64,000 nt of DNA from an uncultured Prevotellaceae bacterium (lineage in GTDB: Bacteria; Bacteroidota; Bacteroidia; Bacteroidales; Bacteroidaceae). The DNA is taken from positions 50,683 through 114,682 of the forward strand of contig CALFJG010000072.1 in NCBI GenBank assembly GCA_937877625.1. Direction: 5' to 3'. This document shows positions 29,322 to 38,077 of the stretch, piece by piece. The notes under the pieces were generated by a model. The model was given only the letters and a program-made list of their open reading frames with translations, had not been told where the DNA came from and did no database searches. The number at the start of each line of letters is the position of its first letter. Within the stretch, counting starts at the first letter, position 1. The position numbers and the translations under genes were made by a program.

Positions 29322-29720
29322 ATGAAAGTAGAAAAGATCTGGCTGACCGACACCGCTGTGTGGATCAGAACCGACGAGGGTAAGGAGGCCTGCGAGCTGC
29401 TGGCCGACTACCCAAGACTGAAACATGCCACCTTGGAACAGTTGCGCAAATATGAAGCCGACGACTACGGCATTCACTGGCCGGAGATTGACGAGGACTT
29501 GTGCTTCGACGGGTTCTTCGACAAGCAGCCCACCACCGGACTCTACCGCCTGTTTATGGCTCACCCGGAACTGAACGTGTCGGCCATGGCACGCCGGATG
29601 GGCATCTCGCAGAGCCTGATGGCGCAGTATATCAGCGGGAAAAAGACACCCAGCGAGAGCCGTATGAATATGATTTACGAAACACTGCGCACAGTGGGTC
29701 GCGAACTGATAGCCATATAA
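29322..29720 (+). CDS. DUF2442-like domain fused to an HTH (antitoxin/regulator)
   Basis: YPRLKHAT...GIHWPEIDEDL followed by LNVSAMARRMGISQSLMAQYISGKKTPS helix-turn-helix. Confidence 0.8.
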   Translation: MKVEKIWLTDTAVWIRTDEGKEACELLADYPRLKHATLEQLRKYEADDYGIHWPEIDEDLCFDGFFDKQPTTGLYRLFMAHPELNVSAMARRMGISQSLMAQYISGKKTPSESRMNMIYETLRTVGRELIAI

Positions 29721-29748
29721 TGACACAAAATTTCAGAACAAGCTGAAG

Positions 29749-30048
29749 ATGAGTACACAAGCAATGACACAGCAGATAGCCGAATACTTCAAGACGCAAC
29801 CCGTGCGCCGTGCCTGGCTGTTCGGGTCGTTTGCCCGAGGCGAGGAGACACCCGAAAGCGACGTAGACATCCTGGTAGTGTTCGACCGGAGCACCCCCAT
29901 AGGGCTACTCCGCTACACCCGGATGCACCGTGAAATGGAAGAACTGCTTGGGCGCAAGGTAGACCTGGTGGAAGACGGCACATTGCGCCCCGCAGCATCG
30001 CAGACCGCAGAACGTGAAAAGAAGATAATCTATGAGAGAGCGTATTAG
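29749..30048 (+). CDS. MNT minimal nucleotidyltransferase antitoxin
   Basis: LFGSFARGE...SDVD, LGRKVDLV. Confidence 0.9.
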   Translation: MSTQAMTQQIAEYFKTQPVRRAWLFGSFARGEETPESDVDILVVFDRSTPIGLLRYTRMHREMEELLGRKVDLVEDGTLRPAASQTAEREKKIIYERAY

Positions 30049-30388
30049 AGACCTGGACCGACTGCAGCACATCATTGAGTGCATCAATAACATTGAGTCG
30101 TATCTGCAAGACAAGACATTCGAAGACATGAAGGCCGACAGCATGTGTTTCCACGCCGTTGTGTACAACACAATGATTATAGGTGAGGCTGCCAACATGC
30201 TGACACACGAATTCCGCAGTGCACACGCAGAGATTCCATGGCGCGACATTGTGGATATGCGCAACCATCTTGTGCATGGCTACGTCACGACAAATGCAGC
30301 CTACATCTGGGACACCTACAAAGAGGACCTGCCTTTCCTGAAAGAGCGAATTGCCGAGTATATCAAGGAACTGACTATATGCCTATGA
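30032..30388 (+). CDS. HEPN (DUF86, HepT-like) RNase toxin
   Basis: IIGEA, IPW...MRNHLVHGY (RX4HXY); overlaps the MNT gene. Confidence 0.9.
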   Translation: MRERIRDLDRLQHIIECINNIESYLQDKTFEDMKADSMCFHAVVYNTMIIGEAANMLTHEFRSAHAEIPWRDIVDMRNHLVHGYVTTNAAYIWDTYKEDLPFLKERIAEYIKELTICL

Positions 30389-31509
30389 TGACGATTAAGC
30401 AAATCAGCGTGACCGTTGGCGAAATCACCAAGGGCTACGTGAACAACGACGAGCAGGGTGTGCGCGGCTACGACGGACGGCTCGACATTCGCCCGCCCTA
30501 CCAGCGCGAGTTTATCTACAACGAGCGGGAGCAGCAGGCCGTGATTACTACCGTGCTGCGGGGCTACCCGCTGAACGTGATGTACTGGGTGCGCCGCGCC
30601 GACGATGCCGACTGCCCCTACGAGGTGATGGACGGCCAGCAGCGCACGCTCGCGCTCTGCGAGTACGTGGCGGGCAAGTTCTCGTACGAATTCAAGAATT
30701 TCTTCAACCATCCGAAAGACATACAAGAACGTATCTTGAACTATCCGCTTACCATATATGTTTGCGAGGGTGAGGCGAGCGAGAAGCTGGAGTGGTTCAA
30801 GACTATCAACATTGCAGGCAAGCCGCTCAATGAGCAGGAGATAAACAACGCCGTCTATGCCGGGCCGTTCGTCAGCGATGCTAAGCGTCACTTCTCAAAA
30901 TCAAACTGTGGTGCGTACCGCTTGGGCAAAGACCTCGTGAACGGCACTCCTATCCGTCAGGATTTTTTGAAGAAAGCCCTGGAATGGATGGCCGACCACG
31001 AGACGCGCAACGGAAAACGTCAAACAGCCGTAGGCTATATGGCACAACACCAACACGATGCCAACGCCAGCCCCTTGTGGACATACTTTCAGACGGTGCT
31101 TAACTGGGTGCAAACAAACTTTGATATGCGCCGCTTCCGCAAAATTATGAAAGGACTGGACTGGGCAGAATTCTACGACAAGTTCGGTGCCGATGCCCTT
31201 AACACGAAAGAACTCGGCGAGCGCATCTCCGCGCTGATGCTCGACAGCGAGATACAACGAAAGTCGGGCATCATACCCTACGTGCTGACGGGCGATGAGC
31301 ACTATCTTGACTTACGTGCCTTCCCCGAAGACATCAAACTGGCGAAGTGGGAGGAGCAGGGACACCGGTGCGTCATTTGCGGCAAGGAGTATGACCTGGA
31401 GTTTATGGAGGGCGACCACATCACACCGTGGGCCGAGGGTGGCCGCACCGTACAGGAAAACTGCCAGATGCTCTGCCGCGATTGCAACAGGCGAAAGGGG
31501 ACACGGTGA
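30385..31509 (+). CDS. DUF262 (GmrSD N-terminal-like) domain plus HNH endonuclease
   Basis: PPYQREF, MDGQQR, FKTINIAGKPL; C-terminal CVIC...DHITPWAEGG...NCQMLCRDCN; ATGA overlap with the HEPN stop. Confidence 0.88.
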   Translation: MMTIKQISVTVGEITKGYVNNDEQGVRGYDGRLDIRPPYQREFIYNEREQQAVITTVLRGYPLNVMYWVRRADDADCPYEVMDGQQRTLALCEYVAGKFSYEFKNFFNHPKDIQERILNYPLTIYVCEGEASEKLEWFKTINIAGKPLNEQEINNAVYAGPFVSDAKRHFSKSNCGAYRLGKDLVNGTPIRQDFLKKALEWMADHETRNGKRQTAVGYMAQHQHDANASPLWTYFQTVLNWVQTNFDMRRFRKIMKGLDWAEFYDKFGADALNTKELGERISALMLDSEIQRKSGIIPYVLTGDEHYLDLRAFPEDIKLAKWEEQGHRCVICGKEYDLEFMEGDHITPWAEGGRTVQENCQMLCRDCNRRKGTR

Positions 31510-31730
31510 AGCGGAAGCGGTGGAAGAATAGCAAAATACTGCTGTCCGCTAAAACAGGTGCAAAACACATCATATCTCCGTCCGCAATGCCGATAAACAG
31601 GCGTTGCGGATACTCTTTTCAGGAAGTAAGCCCCTCGCTGCTCCGTCGGTTCGGCAAAGCAAAAAAAACGTTTTGCTCTGCTCTCGCTTACTTGCTGCTT
31701 TAACGTCTCTCTACGGGGTATGGGTGGGGT

Positions 31731-32153
31731 CTATCTCTCGTTGAACACCAATTCCAGTCCTTGGCCTTCGTAGAACATGAATTTGCGGTCGCACGAAACC
31801 AAGGGCATACGGTTGGTGATGGCGTGGGCAATGATGACGTGGTCGCTGGGGTCGCGGTGATCCTCGGCGAGGTTCAGCGTCAGATGGGCGTAGGTGTCCA
31901 TGTGCTCCTCGCCCACGGGGAGGATGCGGATGAAGTAGCGGTTGGTGATGTCCTTCACCATTTTGGCTGCCGTGTCCCAGAAGCGCGACACGAGTTTGCC
32001 GTTATTGAAGCCTACTATCAGCTCCTTGACGCTCTCGCTGCTCATATAGAACGTGTTGTCGTAGTCGTCAAGAATGGCCTTCACGTCGCGGCTGAGCTGG
32101 TCGGGGTCAATCACCAGATAGATGAAGATATTGGTATCAAGCAAATATCGCAT
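31731..32153 (-). CDS. PIN-domain (VapC-like) toxin
   Basis: YLLDTNIF, HRDPSDHVIIAHA, LVSCD. Confidence 0.88.
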   Translation of the reverse strand: MRYLLDTNIFIYLVIDPDQLSRDVKAILDDYDNTFYMSSESVKELIVGFNNGKLVSRFWDTAAKMVKDITNRYFIRILPVGEEHMDTYAHLTLNLAEDHRDPSDHVIIAHAITNRMPLVSCDRKFMFYEGQGLELVFNER

Positions 32154-32156
32154 AGG

Positions 32157-32294
32157 TCAGTCGTACATTTCAGGTGCTACGAAGGTAAAGGCGGGCTGAT
32201 ACTTCACGGCGGCTTCCCATGTGGGGTTGTGCCTTTTCTCCTCTTTCACTTCATTGTGGGTGCTGGGAGTGTTGTTCTTTGTTTCGTTTGCCAT
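32157..32294 (-). CDS. 45-aa ORF, putative antitoxin of the PIN toxin (not in ORF track)
   Basis: Hand translation MANETKNNTPSTHNEVKEEKRHNPTWEAAVKYQPAFTFVAPEMYD*; stop 3 nt before PIN ATG; TACCTTTG at 32328-32335. Confidence 0.65.
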   Translation of the reverse strand: MANETKNNTPSTHNEVKEEKRHNPTWEAAVKYQPAFTFVAPEMYD

Positions 32295-32463
32295 AACAAA
32301 TACGTATTTTACAATGAGTTTTCGGTGCAAAGGTAGTCATATTCTGCAATATATTCAGCTGCTGACTTCATCACTTATTGCGCCACTAAATAGCGTCCAT
32401 TGAAAATCAGTTGATTACAAAGAGCAATTGGGTGTCTTTGGGTGTCGCATTGACGACATCAGG

Positions 32464-32541
32464 AAAAAGAGCCATAAAGATGACAAAAGGTTAAAGCCCT
32501 ATCTATGACAAACTTAACCGTGGAAATGAATAGAACCCACC
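32464..32541. repeat. 78-bp dispersed direct repeat, copy 2
   Basis: Matches 20661-20738; lies just 3' of mutS. Confidence 0.85.
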
Positions 32542-32549
32542 TATAAGGA

Positions 32550-35165
32550 TTAACCTACAGCAACAAGGCGTTTGATTTCGCTAAGTTTGTTGAGTGCTTC
32601 AAGTGGTGTGAGGTTATTTACATCGAGCCCCAGAAACTCGTCGCGTATTTGTTCAAGCACGGGGTCGTCGAGTTGGAAAAAGTTGAGTTGTGTGGTACCA
32701 CCCTCGCTTGGCACCGCTTTTTCTTTGCGCACCCCATCTGCTCCGCGCGACTGGCTCTCCAAGTCTTTAAGAATTTGCTCGGCACGTCTTACGATGCTAT
32801 TAGGCATACCGGCGAGTCTCGCCACGTGAATACCGAAACTATGCTCCGAACCGCCTTGTGCCAAGCGGCGTAGGAAGATAATCTGTCCGTCCACCTCACG
32901 TACGCTGACATTATAGTTCTTAATACGTTCAAAGCGATTAGCCATCTCGTTGAGTTCGTGATAGTGTGTAGCGAAGAGGGTGCGCGCGTGAGCTGTAGGG
33001 TTTTCGTGTAGGTATTCCACAATAGCCCAAGCGATAGATATCCCATCATAAGTACTTGTACCACGTCCGAGTTCATCAAAAAGCACGAGGCTACGCTCTG
33101 TGAGGTTGTTCATAATGTTTGAGGCCTCAACCATTTCGTTCATAAAGGTGCTCTCGCCCATTGAGATATTGTCGCTCGCCCCTACGCGTGTAAAAATTTT
33201 ATCCACAACACCAATACGTGCGGCGGCGGCTGGAACATAGCAACCCGTCTGCGCCAGGAGCGTGATAAGTGCTGTCTGTCGCAGTAGTGCACTCTTGCCC
33301 GACATATTTGGTCCTGTGATGATGATGATTTGTTGTTCCTTTGTGTTGAGTTGCACATCGTTAGCCACATATTCCTCGCCTGGTGGCATCAGCGTTTCGA
33401 TGACGGGGTGGCGACCTTGAGCAATATCTATTTCTGTGGTATCGTCCACTACAGGACATACATAGCGATGCATCTGCGCTGTAGCGGCAAAAGCGCAGAG
33501 ACAGTCGAGGGTACTTACCGCCACCGCAGTTTGCTGAATTTGCGGGATATACTTGGCGGTGTATTCAATGAGTTTTGCAAAGATCTCGGCTTCAAGCACA
33601 AGGATACGGTCGTTAGCCCCGAGGATTTTCTCCTCCAGTTCTTTGAGTTCTTGCGTGATATAGCGTTCGGCCTGTACCAGCGTTTGCTTGCGCACCCACT
33701 CTTTCGGCACGAGGTTGCGATAGGTATTGCGCACCTCTAAGTAGTAGCCGAAATTGGTGCTATACCCCACTTTTAGCGAGGCGATGCCTGTGCGTTGTGC
33801 CTCTTCATCTTGTATGCGTTGGAGTACATCGCGCGACGAGGAAGAGATTTCGCGTAGCAGGTCAAGTTCCTTATTTACGCCATTGGCTATATATCCTCCA
33901 TTGTTTGTTTTGACGGGTGGGTCGGGACGTAATGTACGTTGGAGTGTTTGTGTGAGTTCGGTGAGCGGGGAGATTTTCTCCGCCAGTTGGGTTATTGTTT
34001 GAGCTTCCACACCAGCCGCCACCTGTTTGATACGCGCAGCACTCTCGAGCGAGAAACGCAGTTGTTGTATCTCGCGTGGGTTGGCGCGTCCGGTGCTTAC
34101 CTTAGAAGCCAGTCGCTCAAGGTCGCCCACACGCGGTAATTCTTGTTCGCAGATTTGTCGGAGGGCGGTATAGCGGAAGAACTGTTCCACACCATCTTGC
34201 CGTTGTTTGATGGCCTTCACATCGCGCAGCGGGAAGAGTAGCCAGCGGCGCAACATACGTCCTCCGGGCGGTGTGAGCGTGTGGTCAATCACCTCAAGGA
34301 GTGATGTGCCGCCGGGCTGCATCGGCTCAGTGATTTCGAGGTTGCGTACCGTGAAAGGGTCAATGCGCACATAACGTTCTTCCTCTATGCGTGCGATGCG
34401 CACAATATGTCGTGTGGCGGTGTGCTGCGTGAGTTGCAAATAGCAAAGAATGGCTCCCGCCGCCACAATGCCCTCGCGCAAGTGGTCAACACCGAAGCCG
34501 CGAAGGTTTTTCACCTTAAATTGAGCGTGGAGTGACTTCTGTGCATTGGCGAGGTTGAATGTCCAGTCGTCGGTTTCGTAAACATAGAGGCTTGACCCAA
34601 AAATTTTTTGAAAACGTGGTTTGAGACCTCGTTGCACCAAGATTTCCTTAGGAGAGAAACTTTCTATAAGTTTTTTCACTACGTCGGGTGTGCCTTCGGT
34701 GAGTAAGAACTCGCCCGTAGAAAGGTCTAAGAACGAAAGCCCTAAGGCCTGCGCACCAAAATGCACTGCTGCGAGCCAGTTGTTTTCCTTATCGGCAAGC
34801 ACGCCTTGCTGCATTGCAACACCGGGTGTGACGAGTTCGGTGATACCACGCTTAACGAGCGTTTTGGTCTGTTTGGGATCCTCAAGTTGGTCGCAAATGG
34901 CTACACGAAAGCCAGCGCGCACAAGACGCGGGAGATAGTTATCTAAGGCATGATAAGGGAAGCCCGCCATCTCCAGCTCTGCCGCCCCATTCTTTCCGTT
35001 GCTGCGACGGGTGAGGGTTATGCCCAACGTTTTTGCAGCAACGACAGCATCATCGCCATAAGTCTCGTAAAAATCACCACAGCGAAAAAGCAGCAACGCA
35101 TCAGGGTGCTTCGCTTTGAAATCGAAGAACTGCTTCATCATCGGGGTAAGGTTTTCCTTGAGCAT
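32550..35165 (-). CDS. mutS: DNA mismatch repair protein MutS
   Basis: [40 protein letters not shown]. Confidence 0.97.
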   Translation of the reverse strand: MLKENLTPMMKQFFDFKAKHPDALLLFRCGDFYETYGDDAVVAAKTLGITLTRRSNGKNGAAELEMAGFPYHALDNYLPRLVRAGFRVAICDQLEDPKQTKTLVKRGITELVTPGVAMQQGVLADKENNWLAAVHFGAQALGLSFLDLSTGEFLLTEGTPDVVKKLIESFSPKEILVQRGLKPRFQKIFGSSLYVYETDDWTFNLANAQKSLHAQFKVKNLRGFGVDHLREGIVAAGAILCYLQLTQHTATRHIVRIARIEEERYVRIDPFTVRNLEITEPMQPGGTSLLEVIDHTLTPPGGRMLRRWLLFPLRDVKAIKQRQDGVEQFFRYTALRQICEQELPRVGDLERLASKVSTGRANPREIQQLRFSLESAARIKQVAAGVEAQTITQLAEKISPLTELTQTLQRTLRPDPPVKTNNGGYIANGVNKELDLLREISSSSRDVLQRIQDEEAQRTGIASLKVGYSTNFGYYLEVRNTYRNLVPKEWVRKQTLVQAERYITQELKELEEKILGANDRILVLEAEIFAKLIEYTAKYIPQIQQTAVAVSTLDCLCAFAATAQMHRYVCPVVDDTTEIDIAQGRHPVIETLMPPGEEYVANDVQLNTKEQQIIIITGPNMSGKSALLRQTALITLLAQTGCYVPAAAARIGVVDKIFTRVGASDNISMGESTFMNEMVEASNIMNNLTERSLVLFDELGRGTSTYDGISIAWAIVEYLHENPTAHARTLFATHYHELNEMANRFERIKNYNVSVREVDGQIIFLRRLAQGGSEHSFGIHVARLAGMPNSIVRRAEQILKDLESQSRGADGVRKEKAVPSEGGTTQLNFFQLDDPVLEQIRDEFLGLDVNNLTPLEALNKLSEIKRLVAVG

Positions 35166-35191
35166 AGTATCAAAAAGAGGAAAATAGTTCG

Positions 35192-36316
35192 TTAGATCAC
35201 CCCACGCGGCAGTTGCATTGCAGCGCAGTGAATGCTACCGTGCTGGCAGATGAGTGTACGAGCGTCAATACCAATAATGTCGTATTTGGGAAAGAGGTGT
35301 GCAAACTGTCGGCGTGCTTTCTCATCAAGTGTGGCATCGCCGTATGTAGGAAAGATTATTGCAGTGTTAAGAATAAGGAAGTTAGCGTATGTGGCAGGCA
35401 ATCGGTTGCCGTTGTCGTCGTAGCAAGCAGGTGCCATTGGTAGCGGCACGAGGTTGTAGAAATGGCCTTGGGCGGTGCGCATAGTTTGCAACTCACGCTC
35501 CATCAGTTCAAGGTCGGCATAGTGGCTATCCGACTTATTGGTACACTTCACATAGCAAATCGTGTTAGCGGAACAAAAACGAGCGAGCGTGTCAATATGT
35601 CCGTCGGTGTCATCGCCCTCGAGATGGCCATGTGTGAGCCAGAGTACACGCCTTGTGCCAAAGAGTTCAAAAAAACGGGCTTCAATATAAGATCGTGTGC
35701 GCCCGCTGCCACGTGTGGTAGAACAGACGCATTGTTCAGTAGTGAGGATAGTGCCTGTGCCATCGGATTCTATGCTTCCTCCCTCAAGCACAAAGTCGAG
35801 GGCATCTTGGTACGTACCTTTTAACACGTCGTCCTCCGCGAGCAGGTGCGTCAATTCATTATCCTTCTCTGCGGGGAACTTGCCGCCCCAGCCGTTAAAA
35901 CTGCAATCGATGAGTTGCCAGCCGTTGGTGTCTATCACACTCAACACGCCGTGGTCGCGCGTCCAGGTATCATTGGTGGGGGCACGAAAGAAAATGATAT
36001 TTTCTACCACTTTTCGCGGCAATCGCTCTTGGAGTAATTGCGCCACCTCCTCGGGGTGAGGATGCACCACCAACAACTTCTCGCGTCGGGCTATCTCGTA
36101 GGCCAAGCGTATGTAGGTCTTAGTGATTTCAACAAGGCAATCGCGCCAATCAGTATCGCGGTGTGGCCACGTAAGCCACACGCCGCCCTGTGTGAACCAT
36201 TCGGCTGGCAGTGTGCGGCGTGTGCGACGAACGTTTACGGCATCCGACTCCGTTCGGAGCGTTTCAAAATCGCCGTCTTGCTTGAAGTATTGGGGTGGCG
36301 CCTTAAAAAAAAACAT
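35192..36316 (-). CDS. Agmatine/peptidylarginine deiminase family protein
   Basis: [34 protein letters not shown]; start uncertain. Confidence 0.88.
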   Translation of the reverse strand: MFFFKAPPQYFKQDGDFETLRTESDAVNVRRTRRTLPAEWFTQGGVWLTWPHRDTDWRDCLVEITKTYIRLAYEIARREKLLVVHPHPEEVAQLLQERLPRKVVENIIFFRAPTNDTWTRDHGVLSVIDTNGWQLIDCSFNGWGGKFPAEKDNELTHLLAEDDVLKGTYQDALDFVLEGGSIESDGTGTILTTEQCVCSTTRGSGRTRSYIEARFFELFGTRRVLWLTHGHLEGDDTDGHIDTLARFCSANTICYVKCTNKSDSHYADLELMERELQTMRTAQGHFYNLVPLPMAPACYDDNGNRLPATYANFLILNTAIIFPTYGDATLDEKARRQFAHLFPKYDIIGIDARTLICQHGSIHCAAMQLPRGVI

Positions 36317-36338
36317 TATGCACGATAATACCGTGGCC

Positions 36339-38006
36339 TTAGAACATTCTCTGTGGCCAACGGCGGAGGTTCATTTTCTTATATAGTTGAATGCACGGCA
36401 CGGCGGAGGGAATACTCTCTCGGCGCGACAAATAATCAATAAAGGCCTGCGTGCTGGTGGGCATACCAGTGAAACGGAGTTCTTGAGACTGCGGGAAGAA
36501 GTCGGTGCTATAGCCATCGCCGCCACCTGCTTGGAACTCATCGGCCACAACAAGATAGGTGTGCCGCTTACGTATCACGGTGCGCGAGCCATCGGAATTG
36601 ATATATGCCAATTCCTTGACGTGGCCTGTCTTTGTTGTATCTATCTCCAGACTGCTGGTCTGCATCCAACCGTAAGTAGTGTTGTGGAGGCCAAACTCTA
36701 CAAGGTCTTTTATTTGCGCACCAGTGAGGCGGAACACACGAAGTTTGTTGGCAAAAGGCAGGGCTTCGCCGACATCAAGAATGCGTATCTGACCTTCGGG
36801 GAAACCACTGCGAATGCTACCAAAATGGCTTACACCAATAACGGGCGTAGAAAGGGGGAGGTGTCCCGTAGTGCGCAAAGCCTCGGCATACGCCTCGCAC
36901 ACCATATAACCCATTTCTGTTTGGCAATACTTGTTGGTCAAGCGGTCGTGAACAAGGTTTCGTGTGCAATAAGCGAGGTTCTCGTTCAATGCGTGGCCTT
37001 CTATCTGCGTATTGGCAAGGAGGTTGTTAAGTTCTTGGCTATACTGCTGTTGCTTTTTTCCCAAGGGGATGTTAGGATTGACACGTACTATTTCAGGCGT
37101 AGCAGAGAGTACCTTGCGCGTCTGTAAATCTATCTCAAAGCGCAACACACTAATGTATTCACCATGCCATTTTCCCTGCACGACAGGCAGTTGCTGTGCG
37201 TTGATATGTCCGCACACAGGGTTATGGCTATGCCCGGTGAGCAGTCCATGGAAATCAGGATCGTTGAATTGTGCGATATTGGCTGAATCGCGGTCGTCCC
37301 AAACAGGATTGCCGTCTTGCATACGTGTACCTACATGCATCAGCAACAGACGTATGTCGGCACTCGCTACAGGTTGATATTCTGGTTTCTGCTTTAATGC
37401 ACTGACAATGCCAGTGTAGTTGCCATCAAAGGTTAAGCCCGTGAGCTTGCTCTTTGATGTTTGGTTGGGTGTGTTGCTCGTGAGCAGTCCTACAAAGCCT
37501 ATCGTTATAATTTGTCCGGTTGGCAGCGTGATGGTTTGCGTAGCACACGGCTGAGCGAAGGCGGGAATGCGACTGGTTGTATCAAACACATTGGCACAAA
37601 GATATGTGAGATTCCATCCTGCGGGTCGGTAAGCACTCCATTTATCAGCCAATTTCTGTTGGCCATCATCGAACTCGTGGTTGCCTATAGCAGAAATTGT
37701 CACACCGATACGATTAAAGAAATCGGACACCAAACGTCCGCCCGTAGCAGTGTAGAAATAACTACCGCCGAAATTGTCGCCGGCGGCCACAGTGACACTA
37801 TTGGGATAAACGGCACGCAAGCTATCAAGCGTTTGCCAAACGGCAGGAGCCCCTGGAATACTTTTGCGTGCATCAGCCAAAAAACCACCATGGAAATCAT
37901 TGAGGCTGAACACAGCAACCGTTACCGTTTGTGCCGAAAGATTTAACACAAAAAGAGCAGAGAGAACCAAGCCTAATAAACTCTTGAGGGAAAAGACTTT
38001 TTGCAT
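36339..38006 (-). CDS. Exported 5'-nucleotidase / metallophosphoesterase
   Basis: Signal peptide; NDFHG, AGD, GNHEFD, GHSH, LPFAN, GGDGY. Confidence 0.88.
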   Translation of the reverse strand: MQKVFSLKSLLGLVLSALFVLNLSAQTVTVAVFSLNDFHGGFLADARKSIPGAPAVWQTLDSLRAVYPNSVTVAAGDNFGGSYFYTATGGRLVSDFFNRIGVTISAIGNHEFDDGQQKLADKWSAYRPAGWNLTYLCANVFDTTSRIPAFAQPCATQTITLPTGQIITIGFVGLLTSNTPNQTSKSKLTGLTFDGNYTGIVSALKQKPEYQPVASADIRLLLMHVGTRMQDGNPVWDDRDSANIAQFNDPDFHGLLTGHSHNPVCGHINAQQLPVVQGKWHGEYISVLRFEIDLQTRKVLSATPEIVRVNPNIPLGKKQQQYSQELNNLLANTQIEGHALNENLAYCTRNLVHDRLTNKYCQTEMGYMVCEAYAEALRTTGHLPLSTPVIGVSHFGSIRSGFPEGQIRILDVGEALPFANKLRVFRLTGAQIKDLVEFGLHNTTYGWMQTSSLEIDTTKTGHVKELAYINSDGSRTVIRKRHTYLVVADEFQAGGGDGYSTDFFPQSQELRFTGMPTSTQAFIDYLSRRESIPSAVPCIQLYKKMNLRRWPQRMF

Positions 38007-38077
38007 AGTATGGGTTTATCGTTTATTTGTGCGCAAAGGTATAATAAAAAAGAATAAGTATTAGAAATTACGGAGGT

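Noticed and set aside
31625..31705. Att site or IS end at the island's convergent junction
   Set aside because: Only an imperfect palindrome (gcaaagcaaaa/ttttgctctgc); no partner repeat or transposase found.
36305..36313. T9 tract right after the deiminase start codon as a phase-variation site
   Set aside because: Start codon is uncertain, A/T runs are common here and no meaningful alternative frame was seen.
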